Shown here: one piece after another, positions 38,610 to 50,789 of the stretch | Layout of the letters: each line of letters opens with the position of its first letter | Position numbering within the stretch: position 1 is the stretch's first letter | NCBI GenBank assembly: GCA_030390025.1 | Contig: JASTWF010000031.1 | Coordinates: forward strand, 5,456,001 to 5,520,000 | Source of the DNA: Squalus acanthias | Lineage: Eukaryota | Direction: 5' to 3' | Length of the DNA: 64,000 bases | The notes under the pieces: generated by a model | The model's database searches: none | Told to the model about the DNA's origin: nothing | Seen by the model: only the letters and a program-made list of their open reading frames with translations | Program-made: the position numbers and the translations under genes

Positions 38610-38890
38610 GCGAGAATAACAATCATAATTGATTGTTAAAAGAACCAGAGGAGAGATGAGGAGGAATTCTTTTACGCAGCAAATTGTTTTGAGCTGGAAT
38701 GCGGTGCCTGAATGGGTGGTGGAAGCAGATTCAATGGTAACTTTTAAAGGCAATTGGATATACTTAAAGGAAAAAATTGCAGGGCTATGGGGCAAGAGCA
38801 GGGAGTGGAACTAATTGGATAGCTCTTTCAAAGAGGCACGATGGGCCGAATGGCCTCCTTCTGTGCTGTAAGATTGTGTGATTTTATGAT
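38610..38890 (+). mobile_element. Decayed CR1 3' fragment
   Basis: RGEMRRNSFTQQIVLSWNAVPE; tail GGGCCGAATGGCCTCCTTCTGTGCTGTA. Confidence 0.85.
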
Positions 38891-39398
38891 AATGGAACGA
38901 TTCTGTTTTGTGTGTGTATTTCTGAGGAGGTGTAACTGGCAATTTCTACTACCTTTTCTTTCAAATAAGGAGAATTTTTAAGAAGCTCCAGATGCTCCGC
39001 TGTTTACTTTTATGTGTTGCCATATGTACTAAATACTGAGGAGGAGCAATAAGATTAAATTAGTTGCACCAGCAATATTGTTTCTTACTTGCAGGTATAT
39101 TTATTTGTGCCATTTTCCATTTAACCTGGGGATCCAAAATTAGTACTCTGACAATTTGATCACCAATGCTGAGATGCACACATTAACTTAGTAGCTGTTG
39201 TCTTGTCATATCAGTTGTTGCTGCTCTCTGTATACTGTGTAAAATAGAATTAAAATGTTGCTTCCTATCCTACTTTTAAAATGCATTTTGGTTTTCTGGT
39301 TGTCTATATTTTATTTTGTATTTCTTGTGTGGAGTTGAGTCTTGAAACCAATTTGTTTTTAATATGTATTTGGCACAATAGAATGATAAAGTAAAACC

Positions 39399-39528
39399 AA
39401 AGCAAAATACTGCGGATGCTGGAAAGCTGAAATAAAAACAGAAAATGCTGGAAATACTCAGCAGGTCAGGCAACATCTGTAGAGAGAGAAACAGTTAACA
39501 TTTCAGGTTGATGGCCTTTCATCAGAAC
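39399..39528 (-). mobile_element. Penelope-like terminal-repeat remnant with degenerate hammerhead motif
   Basis: On -: GTT-CTGATGA-AAGG-CCATCAA-CCT-GAAA-TGTT-AAC, then ...GACCTGCTGAGTATTTCCAGCATTTTCTG. Confidence 0.7.
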
Positions 39529-41049
39529 GGAGTTCTTTTGATATTTTGTGATGTGCTTGTATGACTCTTGACAGCAATGCAAGTTGCTCCCACTACTACC
39601 ACTCACAGGCCTATAACCAACAGTCGTTCACCATCGTTTATAGAACTCCGTATGTTCTCTCCAGGCACCACCCAAGTTTGGAAGAACAGAATCTTTAACT
39701 ACGCTGTCAATATTTTTCATGGTTCAAGTAGACATATTACAAAATATCACATTGTGCGTTACAGAATTCGTAATAACCCCACTGCTTTATTGGAGCCTTT
39801 ATTGCTTATTGTACTTCATGTACATTAAGCAGCTACTTGCAGAACTTAACAAGAGAATGATCTAGTGACCTTGTGACAGTGATAAAAATAAGTTCTTTTA
39901 GCATTCATGAGGGCATGGTTTTATAAGGTACATTGTATTATTTACTGTGTTGTCACTAAGTGTATTTAGTTTATTGATAGCGATTTCCAATGCAAATATC
40001 ACTTTTAGGACCAATATCCTTTTGATATTTTGTGATGTGCTCTTCTGCAGTCCCCTCCCCATATTTCTATTGTATTTTCTAGAAATAAGCTTCTACTGTA
40101 TCCTACAGAAATGTATGTTTTAAGATCTTTTGAAAATTGTCCTCCTGGATGTATGGGAATTCTTCACACACAATGCTATGATGTAAGGCCCTATTACTTT
40201 AAATTGATTTAAAGAAGCCATTTAGTAAGAACCCCATGGCAAGTGAAGCATTTCTTTTATTCATTTACTCCTGCTTTATTTTTAAAGACTACTTTATCTT
40301 CCTCTCATTAAGGGCACTGTAGGTTTAAAATTTCCAAAAGTTAAAGGAAAGTAAAAGATTGTCCCAGCAGCTTGTGTGAACATTTGAAACTGCAGAGGCA
40401 TTACAAGGATTTTCTGGCTTGTAAATAGTTATTGAAAGTGCCACCCTTGCAAACCCAATGTAACTTTTATGGTATTTTTTTGAACCGTTTCAGAGATGGC
40501 ATCCACATCTGAAAAGTTTAATTGAACATATTATCATCCTTTCTTGGTCTAGTGGAGTGAGTGGGTGACCTGCTACGGACGCTTCCGTTGCAACCGAACT
40601 CTGAACTTCGGGGTGGAATACACAAAGCTGTGAGGGAAGAGGGACGCGAGCCCAGCCGGCCAGCTCAGCTGAATTGCACCCCAATATTCTGCTTTACAAA
40701 TGGCAATACAAAGCCTAATGTGCAGTTTATTCTTTGAATACTAGTATTCTCCTCAGAGGCCAACTGTTAGAAAATATTGTGATTCTTTTTAAATTGACAT
40801 CAGCACTTACTGCTTTTAAAATCTCAGTGCCAGCAGCCCTTTATATTCTTTTCTGACTTTTCTCCTCTTACCCTCTCTTCTGAAGGTGAATCTCTCTAGT
40901 ACCTCACGAGGTAGTTTTTCATTTGTGAGCCTAGTGAGTGTTAGTGGACATTTCAATTATGGGAGGTATTACAGCTGACCCAATCCTGTCTCCACCATTA
41001 AATCCAACCATCCCATCACTGTAGATGCCAGTGTCCAACCAATTCAGTT

Positions 41050-42510
41050 CACTCCATGTGACTTTTAAGAGGCGGTTGAGTGACTGTACACAACAATGGC
41101 GACGGGCCCTAACAACATCACGGCTGTACTGTGAAGATCTGTGCACCAGATCTAGCTGCCTCCCAGTCAAGTTATTCCACTGCAATTATGGCACTGGTAT
41201 CTGACAATGTCCCATCTACAAAAAAAGCAAGGTAGGTCTAAACTGGCCAATTACTGCCGTATCAGTCTCTTCCCAATCATCAGCAGAATTATGGGAGGAG
41301 CCATCAACAATACCATCAGGATACCTACTCGCCAGTACCTGGTTGGTTATGCCCAGTTCAGGTTCCGCTAGGACCACTCTGCTCCAAACCTTGTCACAGC
41401 CTTGATTTGAAGAATGGACACAAGCTGAATGCTCGAGGAGAGGCATCAAGGTAGTATTTGATTATGCAACCAAGGAGCTTTAGCAAAGCTGAGATCAAGG
41501 GGGAAAATCCTCCAGTCACTGGAGTCATACCTGACACACAGGAAGATTGCTGCGGTTGTTGCTGGTCAAGCCTTGCAGCCCCAGATCATCACTGTTGGAT
41601 TTCCTTAGGGCAGTGTCCTTGAACCAACCATCTTCAGCTCCTTCATCAATGACTTTCCCTTCTTTATAGGATCAGAAGTGGGGCTGTTTGCAGACGATTC
41701 TAATGTTTGGCTCTATTTACAACTCTTCCGATAATTAAGTAAGCCATCCCAGCTTGCATCAGAATCTGGTCGACATCCAAGGACCGGAGAGTGACAGGTA
41801 ATTTTTGCGGCACGTAAGTGCCTAGCAATGGCTTTCTCCTATAAGAAAAGGTCCAATAACCTCCCCCTGATCTTTAATGGCCCCTCCATTGCCAAGCCCC
41901 CTCACCAGCAGCATCCTGGATGGAGGGGGCGGTCATCATTGCCCAGAAGCTGAACTGGACCAGCCATATCAACATTGTGGCCACAAGAGCAGGGAGATTG
42001 AGTACTATGAGTGGCTCCCCTGTGGCATCTCTACCATTTACAAGACTTAAGTCAGAAGTGTGACAGCATACTTAGCACTCACCTGGATGAATACAGCTGC
42101 AACAATATTTAATAAGCTTGACACCATCTAGGACACAGCAGTCTGCTTGATCATTGCCCTGGCATTGAACTCAATATCCACCACCTCTACCACTGCTTCA
42201 CAGTGGCTACTGTGCCTACTATCTACAGGATGCACTGAACAGTTCACTTAAACAGCACCTCCCCACCCTCATCCTCTATCACCAAGAAGGACAATAGCAG
42301 TAAAATCTTGAACACCATCCCAAGTTGGACATAAATCGCTATTCCTTCATTGCTGTTGGATCAAAATCCTGGAATTACTTTCTTAAGACCATTGTGGGAG
42401 CACCATCAGCACAAGGACTCCAGTGGTTCAAAGATAAAGCACATCAGAACAAGAAGGATGGGCAATAAATGTGGCTTTGCCAGTGTCGCCCACCTCCCAA
42501 GAACAAGAAA
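41050..42510 (+). mobile_element. Longer, heavily decayed CR1-group LINE (family of 23985)
   Basis: Remnants of the RT motifs GF(P)xGSVLxPTIFSSFINDF and LFADDS; same 3' tail GGATGGGCAATAAATG. Confidence 0.8.
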
Positions 42511-44175
42511 CTATTCCCGACGGGTAAAAGGGGGTGGGTGGATGGATCATGTGTTAATTATCACGAACATCAAATATTTCTGTGTTTTTTTCCCCTTTTT
42601 GTTCGCTTGGGGAATGCTAAATACACATTGTAGGTCATGGGTATAATAGACATTTATTTAAAAAGTGGGAAAAAGGGATTTTCTGACAGCTGCAATTTTT
42701 CAGAACTGCATGGTGGGCCTATTAGCATGGGTAAGTGTTCTACTGTACTTGCAATTTGAGCTGTAAATTGTAACAACGCATTATTATGTGACTCGTGCAA
42801 TTCAAAGTTTTCCTTGACTTTGTTTCTATACAACCGAACATTGCCTCTCTCCCTCTTCTTTCAAATGCAAAGTGCATAAACCTTCAAAGATCAGGAAAGG
42901 GCTTGTTACAATCCCGTTACAACCATATAAGCTAGCCATCTCCCCAAAAAAATTGCTTAAAAAGTGAGAGGAGGTAGAGAAAGCTGTTCCTCTCCATCCC
43001 CCTCGCAAAAAATGCTATTGCTGCCTCTTTATATTTTCAAAAGTTCTTTACTGTTCCAAATGAAATGGCCTCGAGCTCCTTTCTCTAATCTCATACTTCC
43101 CTTTTGACATTCATAAGTTAACTCTGCTCTGTAATCCTTTGATTGCGAAGATGGCAGGTTGAGAGCTATTCATTTGTTAATGACTCGCTCATGGCTGTGT
43201 AGTCAAATCCATCAAACATAAGCCTGCCCTCAGTGTATGCAAACAAGCACTCTGTTTTGAGCATTTGGTTTTGTTGCTCCTAATACTGTTCCCGCAGCAA
43301 CTTTTTTTTCATACTGTTGACCATGCAGTATTTCAAGTTGTTCCCAATTTGTGAGTATTAAATATCATCTTAGTCTACTGCAGGCATATCCTAGTTCCAT
43401 TGCCAGGTTGCATTTCAATGCATTCTCAAAGCAAGATCTGTCCAATGCACAAATGCTTAGCTCGCTGTACAGAACTTGCTTGGAGGTGTTGTCATCTATC
43501 CAATCATGTCCTGTCCATAAGCTGATCAATGCTTTTATTAGTATTACTTTGTGATGGATGTTTGTCCACATTTTAAAACCTTGCAATTGATAAAGTTGTC
43601 CTGTCATTTGATTTGCACAAGGTGGTACAGCTGAAAATTGTCCACCTCTTTGATGTGACGTGGCAGCAGTCGTAGGACCGGTTTCACAGCCATAAAGAGT
43701 TGAGATTACAGCTGTCTGGTAGACTTTTGAGTTTAGTTCTTTCAGTCCGCCAGGCGTTCACTGTCTAAACCTGTAATTCTCCACTGCTGTGGCAAATCCA
43801 TCCGCAATCAGTTGTAGATTTTCTTGGGTGTAGCTTCAAGTGTATAATCATCAATAGCCAGAAGCTTGTTAATGAGCACCTCGCTGACTTTGCCTTAATT
43901 GCACATTCTGATCAAGTTGAATAGCTTGCTTGATGTAGGAAATCTGGTGCGCACACCTGTATCCTGAACTTTGTAATATCAGTCAGTGCTGCAGAGAAGA
44001 AACCAAAGAGGCTTTGTGCAAACTGTGTCTGTTCCATTGGTCAACAATTAGTCTGAACTGTCCTGCGCAAGTTGTTGTGACATGATTTCTTCATCATTGA
44101 ATTAAGATCAACAAAGGTGTTCATGTGTATTCCCTGGCTTTTCACGGTGATGTATTGCTGTCTCTGCATAGTTAT

Positions 44176-44385
44176 CAATGTGAGAAGTCGCACAACACCA
44201 GGTTATAGTCCAACAGCTTTATTTGAAATCACAAGCTTTCGGAGCCCTGCTCCTTCGTCAGGTCACCTGACGAAGGAGCAGCGCTCCGAAAGCTTGTGAT
44301 TTCAAATAAAGCTGTTGGACTATAACCTGGTGTTGTGCGACTTCTCACATTTGTCCACCCCAGTCCAACACTGGCATCTCCACAT
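44176..44385 (+). mobile_element. Penelope-like element: inverted terminal-repeat pair forming a 175-bp palindrome
   Basis: Arms 44177-44263 / 44265-44351 with one mismatch, plus a ~35-nt unpaired extension; flanked by direct repeat CATAGTTAT (44167, 44386); inserted in the RTE. Confidence 0.85.
44262..44300 (+). ncRNA. Minimal type I hammerhead ribozyme motif (PLE-associated)
   Basis: TCAC-CTGACGA-A-GGAGC-AGC-GCTCC-GAAA-GCTT-GTGA: stem I TCAC/GTGA, core CUGANGA and GAAA, 5-bp stem II, palindromic AGCT in place of stem III. Confidence 0.7.
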
Positions 44386-47300
44386 CATAGTTATTATCAA
44401 ACCAATCCCAATACCTTTTTTGATTAAAGTCCACGATGTCTTCTACAGCTTAGTAAAGAGTGTTGCATTAAATGACCCACTCAGCCTCAACATCAGTTTC
44501 CTTTTCTGGTGTCTTTTTAGGTAGTTTATTACTGCAGTGATCTTGTTGCATAGCTTAATTTTGGTGTTTGGATCTTTGAGACACTGATGTCAAGCCATTT
44601 AGTTGGTTTAGATTTTGCATTTTATTGGAGAACTTGGGCCTAATTCTGTGATATTCAGGCCAACATGGATTGCTTTAATGATTTTTTGATAGCCTGTGCA
44701 TCTTGCTGAACTATTACATAGTCAATAAGATGCCAATGTTTTAAGGATGAATATAATCATAGCACCCATTACTGGACAGATTATTGAAAGGTTGTGCTTG
44801 TTATGACACATTTGTATTCTAGATATTCGGGAGTCTATTGCTTTTCATCATGCTTATGTGATCAATTGCTCCACGCCAGGTGGTGATTGTCAGTGTCAAC
44901 TTGCATGTTAATGTCACCCTTGCTAAGTTTGTCCTTTTTCAGGAGTTTTTAAATAGTGTTCTACAAGTCATCTGTAGAACTGTTCCTTCATACCTTTACT
45001 GGTCATAGTTGGTGCATAATCACTGTTAGCAGCAAAGCACTTGCTCTGTAATAGCTGTTGCATTTTTGAAGTGCTTATTTATGCCTTTTAGTAGACTCTA
45101 ACTTTGCAACTTATTTATGTATTGCAGAAATCATGATAGCAATAATGCTAGGCTTTTTGGTAGATTTGCTCTGCCAGAACAGGTGTACCTAGCTGTAACT
45201 TTTCAATTGTCTGGAATTGGACAATCAGGTTTTGTGCAGTGTGTAATGTCCACACCACCATGCAGGCCAATTCTTTTGCTAGTCACTGCTGTCTGTTGCT
45301 CAGTTTGAGAGGAGTTTTGATGATCTGGAATTATTCTTGTTGCAACTGTTAAATATTTGTTGACTACAGTTGTGACTGACTTATCAGCTGTGGTATGCTG
45401 GTTGGACTAATATTTGGGGCACCTTTTTTGCACCCTCAGAATGAGCAGTGTGATTCTTAATGTAGCTGCTCAACTATCTTAGGGTACTGCTGATTAGTAT
45501 TGCTTTCAAGGCCAACACCAAATTTCCAGCTACAACTTACGGCACTACCACAACTAGTACTTTGCCACTAGCCCATCGTTTCCTTGACCAGCCTGCCCAT
45601 GAAGGAATTGAAATGAGGATGATTAGTACTGGACCATATCATAAAACAGCTGGTGAAAATTAGGATCTAATGCATTCAGTCAACAGGTATTCGAGTGCCA
45701 CTCCATCCCTTAGTGTGACAATACATGTTACCAATTTTACTGTCTCTAGAGTTACCCTCCGTGTACCCCACACATTGTGTTTAGTGCCTTTTCTACCATT
45801 GAACATCACCAGCCTCCTCTGGTAGTTATAACCACCAGCTATGCTCACTGGTTTATTCGGTCAGCTGAGATGGTTGCCTGGGAAATGGCTTTTGCCGTCC
45901 ACTAGCAACTTCTTGGGGCTACAAGTGAGCTCAGCATCTTCCAAGGACCAAGGCTGACGTGTTATTCCTGATGTGCCTCCAGGAATCTGTTGTATTGAGT
46001 ACTAGAAAAACACCTCTAATGTTTTGTGCATTGATGAAAATAACTTCAACATATTTAACTGTCTTGGGGGGAGACTGGGACTAATACTGAGTTTTTGAAG
46101 TGTAATAACAGTCATAATGTAGGAAATTACGGCCGCTGATTTACTACACAGCAAGGTCCCACAAATGGCAATGATAAAAATGACCAGGTAATCTATTTTA
46201 GTGATGTTGGTTGAGGGATCTTCATAATCTACTCATGACTTTATTACTCATGATTCTAGATGTAACTTTCACTCCTGGGGATAAATTGTGTATCCTATTA
46301 TGTTCTGTGGTGCATCCTGTCTGTGTTCAAAAAATCCCCTGAGTGTTTGGCTCTTAGGAGGATAAAACAATTTTCTGCACCTCTGGCAAATGCTTCCCCT
46401 CCAGGACCTTTTTATTGTGCTGATCAGATTTAGGCTCTCATAATGAGACCATGGTTTTTTCCAATAATTGAGCATATGATGTATCAAATTATCGTCTGAT
46501 GCTCTAGGATTTAAATACGACTCCAACAACTGAATTCTAATGTGTGTTTTGAGGATGTTTTGTGAGTGCAAGATTTTATTCTATACAGTGTTGCCATTAA
46601 GATTTCAGTACAGCAATGGCTGTGTAATATTCTTTGTGCTCAATATGACCTAGGAGAAACATACAGTAGTACAATTAGAGATTTTGTCTGTACATTTTTG
46701 TCCTTGCTCTTTGGGATGTCATGAGGTCCTGAAAGGCGCTAAATAAATGCGCGATCGATCTCTCTTTGCTTTCTTCCTTGCTTTTTTTCCCTCGTTTGTT
46801 TTTTGTGTCTCTCCTTTTTCATTTTTTTTTTCATCTATCATTTCTTTTCTTTTCGTCTCTTTTGTCTTTTAAGAGTATAAACAGTTGGGAGGAGTTAAGA
46901 AATGGAAGGAGGCAGTGGAAAGAGGTGTAGGTGCAAACTGACCTGTGCTAGGCTGAGTAGCAGCATCGTTGTTTCGCTACTTCATAACTCTAACTGATTT
47001 AGAACTTTTGTAATGAGGATTGTGTTTGTGAAATCATTTGGCCTCAAAAGCTACTTGGCCATAAAATGGGAGCTGTAATAGTTACCAATGCAGTCTGTTT
47101 GGAAGAGATTTTTTTTTTAAAGCGCGCCTACGGAGTTTTAGTCTATAGACCACAACTCTGGTTCATACATCAATTTATTCAAGCACTGCTTCTTGTTGTA
47201 ATTTGCCTGCTCACATCTGGTCCTTAGCAATAAAGATCTTGGGAAAGAGCACTGTCTGAATTAACAGTTGTCTGAGACAGAATTTCCATTTGGAATGCAA

Positions 47301-48461
47301 AACCTAGTCTTAATAACTGGCCATGCAAACCTGATTGGAGCTTTGAGCATACAATCATTTGCCAAATGTCTAAGTATTTGACCTTTTCAGAGGGTTTAGG
47401 CAGAGTCATGAGAAGAAAATTTGCTGAAGACTGAGTTAGTTTTTGAAGTAATAAAAAGCACATTGGTGCCAATTTCTTTTTTGCTTTGAGTTTCAGTACC
47501 TTGGACGACATTGCCTAATGAAAAGTTGCAATTTTTAAGATTTAAAATTGCATCTGTCAATGGGTATCAGAGTATTAATGGGAAAATTAAAGATGTTTCT
47601 CCTGAAGATTTAAAATTTGGTTTTACTGCCACTTAAGGTGATTTTGAGGTAATCAGAGAATAGTAGGTGCAACAGAGTGGGTGGAGATGAGAAGGAGGGC
47701 GGGGGGTGGGGGAAGAAAGAATCTGAAGAACTAAAGTGTGCCAATCCCCAGCGATAACATCCCTCACCTGGATGAGTGAAAAAAATCAACATAATAAAAC
47801 ACAAATGTTATGGGTGTCAGTATTTTGTTTGAACCTAGTTTTTGAGCTTGTTTTGGATAATTACTACAAAAAAGGAACTGAGACAACACTTTTAAACTTA
47901 ATATAATTAGAAAAAGCGCAGCTTCAGTTGTAAAATACTGTCCTGTAAACTTTTTGGCAACACTCATAGGAGTACATCCACGTAATATACATTTCAGTTT
48001 ATAGCAAGTTCCAGGATTCAACCGTTTAGGTATGATCTGTTTGACACAGATGTTCTGAGAACTCTATTGTTTATGAAGAGCATTATAAACAGCTGTCAGA
48101 AATTTGACTTGTTAGGGAAAGTCTTGAACTGCCTTGTTCATTGACTTGGAGCTGCTAGTATAGTTTGGTGCCATACTCTCAAGACACTGTGCAAAGATTT
48201 GTTGCCACAGCTTTTGGTACTTAAGTCTAAAAGTGGATTATTTGAAAATCGTGGGGACAAAAACTTAAGTCTGTTGTTTTCAAATTATATATCTATTAAA
48301 ATATTTTTGAGAAAAATCTTCTTGCTGCTTTTATAACCAGTATATTCCCATGCATATTGGGAGATTTTAGAAGATTGAGATTTTTTTATTGCTCTCTTAT
48401 GGAAAGCTACAGCATCTGGAGCTGGTGTTAGTTGGGTTGGACACAGAGAATTGTATATGTT

Positions 48462-49212
48462 GGCCTGGAATTTGCGGTTGTAATGATGGCGAACCTGTCG
48501 GCGTTTGCCGTCATTACTCTGTAAAACTGACAGCAACTTCTGGCGTCTGCACGTGCGCAGTTAAATGCAGAAATCTGGAAGTTGCTGTCGGTGATACCCT
48601 GCTCCTTCACAGGGTGTGCTGTTACAGTCCTCGCTGATGTAATCAATTAGAAATCACTGATTTGACTTCAACTTTTTACACACTATTCTCGCTGTAAAAC
48701 CCTTGAAAAAGTTGAGTCTTATTGAATGTGTAACTGGGTTTCTAACCACATACTAAGTCATAATTACTACTGAACAACCTCTCTGACCCTGAAAAACTAA
48801 TTTTATATTGTGGAGTCTCATTTCCTCCATTCCATGATAAAAAAATTCCACAGAATTTTGAAATTTTTTATAGCTTGTTTGACCTTTCAGTTTCTACCTT
48901 AATCTCATGTGTGTATGTCCCAATCTTTATTTCGCTTTCTGTAAAAAAATTATTTAAAAAGTCAATGATAAAACTTGCTTTTTACTTCCTGGTTTGCTGT
49001 CTGAGAATTCTTCAATGTGATTGGCTGCTTAGCCTGCTTGATGACATCACTGTTGCTGGACGCCACAGATCCCCTATAGATGGCGCCAGATGGAAAATCA
49101 CGTCAAAAAAGGTGAAGTCAATGGCACAGAGCCTGCTAAAACTTCGTTGGAAGCTTTCTTCAAGGTCTGTGGCGGGCACAGTCACTTCGCCGCTGACAAC
49201 AAAATCCGGGCC
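48462..49212. mobile_element. Harbinger-like MITE (family shared with 63419)
   Basis: Imperfect TIRs GGCCTGGAATTTG / CAAAATCCGGGCC; long collinear similarity to 63419-64000; TSD unclear. Confidence 0.75.
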
Positions 49213-50789
49213 ACTGTTTGTGATTCTGGCCAATGTTATGGTAACAGTATGGGTTAACTGCAGGGCAAATTATTACAGCACACAAAAACGTTGTTCCCAT
49301 TTTCTTATCTCATTTATGTGGTATGCTTGGATAGATTAGAGCATATGTTTTGTGCTGTATAAAGTTTTCATTGTCTATTTCAATTTTTGTATATTTTTCT
49401 TTTGTATGTTCTAACGCCCCATTTATTCCCTGACTGGATTTTTAACCCTTGTTCTGTAATATTCTATGGAATTGTTGAGACACAAAACACTATTAATTTT
49501 GTTAGCCTAAATAGACTGATGATTAGGGTAGAAACAGAAAATTGTATTGTGGTGCTTGAGTAGAGATGATAAGTAAGTCTGAAAAACTTTGATCAAGTCA
49601 TGGATTAATTTGGTCAAATCTTATTTGTTTCGTAAACTACTGACCCCCTATGGTGATGAAAATAACCCTGAAATGGTTATTAGCCAGGCAGTGAATGCAT
49701 TAACTGAAAACTCTAATCTGAGCAAGTTGTGATTCAGTGCAGTGATCATATACAACCTTATGGGACTCAAAATACAGACGTTACCTTTTTTAGTTATATT
49801 AATGGACAGGTTATCTAAATTGATATTTTATAAAGAAATGAAAAGCAGATGGCACAGCATTGTATGCTGGAGAGGCACTATGTTGCGGGCCATGAAATCT
49901 TAGTTTGAGTAAACCTAGGCTCTGATGTTTACCATTTTTTCTTATGAAATGTTGATCGCTGGGTTGTCCAACCTTCTACTGAAGTGAAGAGCTGTACCAG
50001 CATCTCTGTGTTTTGAGGGCTACTCCCTAGGAGCCCTTGTGAGAATGTGAATGTGTTAAGTAAAACCAGGTTGACCAGTTGCAGCCCACACTTTGGTAGG
50101 CATGAGCACAGAACATCAATTGCCAACGATTAAAGACTGATGGGTAGTCTTGTTTATGTCCCTGGTGTCCACCTAAAAGCTTTGTATTTGATTACTGTTT
50201 ATTGCTTCCCTCACCTTTCCTTTGCTTCCATACAAGTTCAGCATTTGGTTTACTTTGCTGCTTTACATATAAACATACAAAAAAGGAAGACCAGGTAAAA
50301 ACCACATTACTGTTCCATTTGAGCCTGTCCTACACTGACATGGTATACTTCCTGCACACCATGATTCCCCCTTCACCACCTGTCTACCAGCTACGCAATC
50401 TCATGGGAGAGGCAAAAAGCTTAGGCGTATTTCGAAAAACGCTCTAGGAAATTCCTCTCCGCACTCTGGCAATCTGACAAGTTCCAGGAGACCACAGTAA
50501 CTGGGTGATGCATCCCCCAATACTCACCTACCATCTACATGCAGTGACTTGACATGTTAGGTGCAGAGTCTGTTAATACCAATAGATCCTGTAGCTATTT
50601 CAAAATGAAGATTCAACTATTATCCCCTCGTAAATCCCCCCCCCCCCCCCCCCCCATACCAAAGTTTGGTATTATCTGCAAATTTAACTTTTGCATTGAG
50701 CTTCTGAATCTTAAATTTGAAATGAAATTTGAAGCATTATTGGTCCTAATACTGATTTATGCCCCACCTTCAAGCCAACATAACAGTGA

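Larger units (their letters stand above)
43250..44950 (-). mobile_element. Decayed RTE-clade LINE with internal deletions
   Basis: On -: HWHLIDYVIV (endonuclease end, ~44715-44740), LYGCET (~43690), IKALI..WTGH..D..SKQVLYSEL (~43480). Confidence 0.75.
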
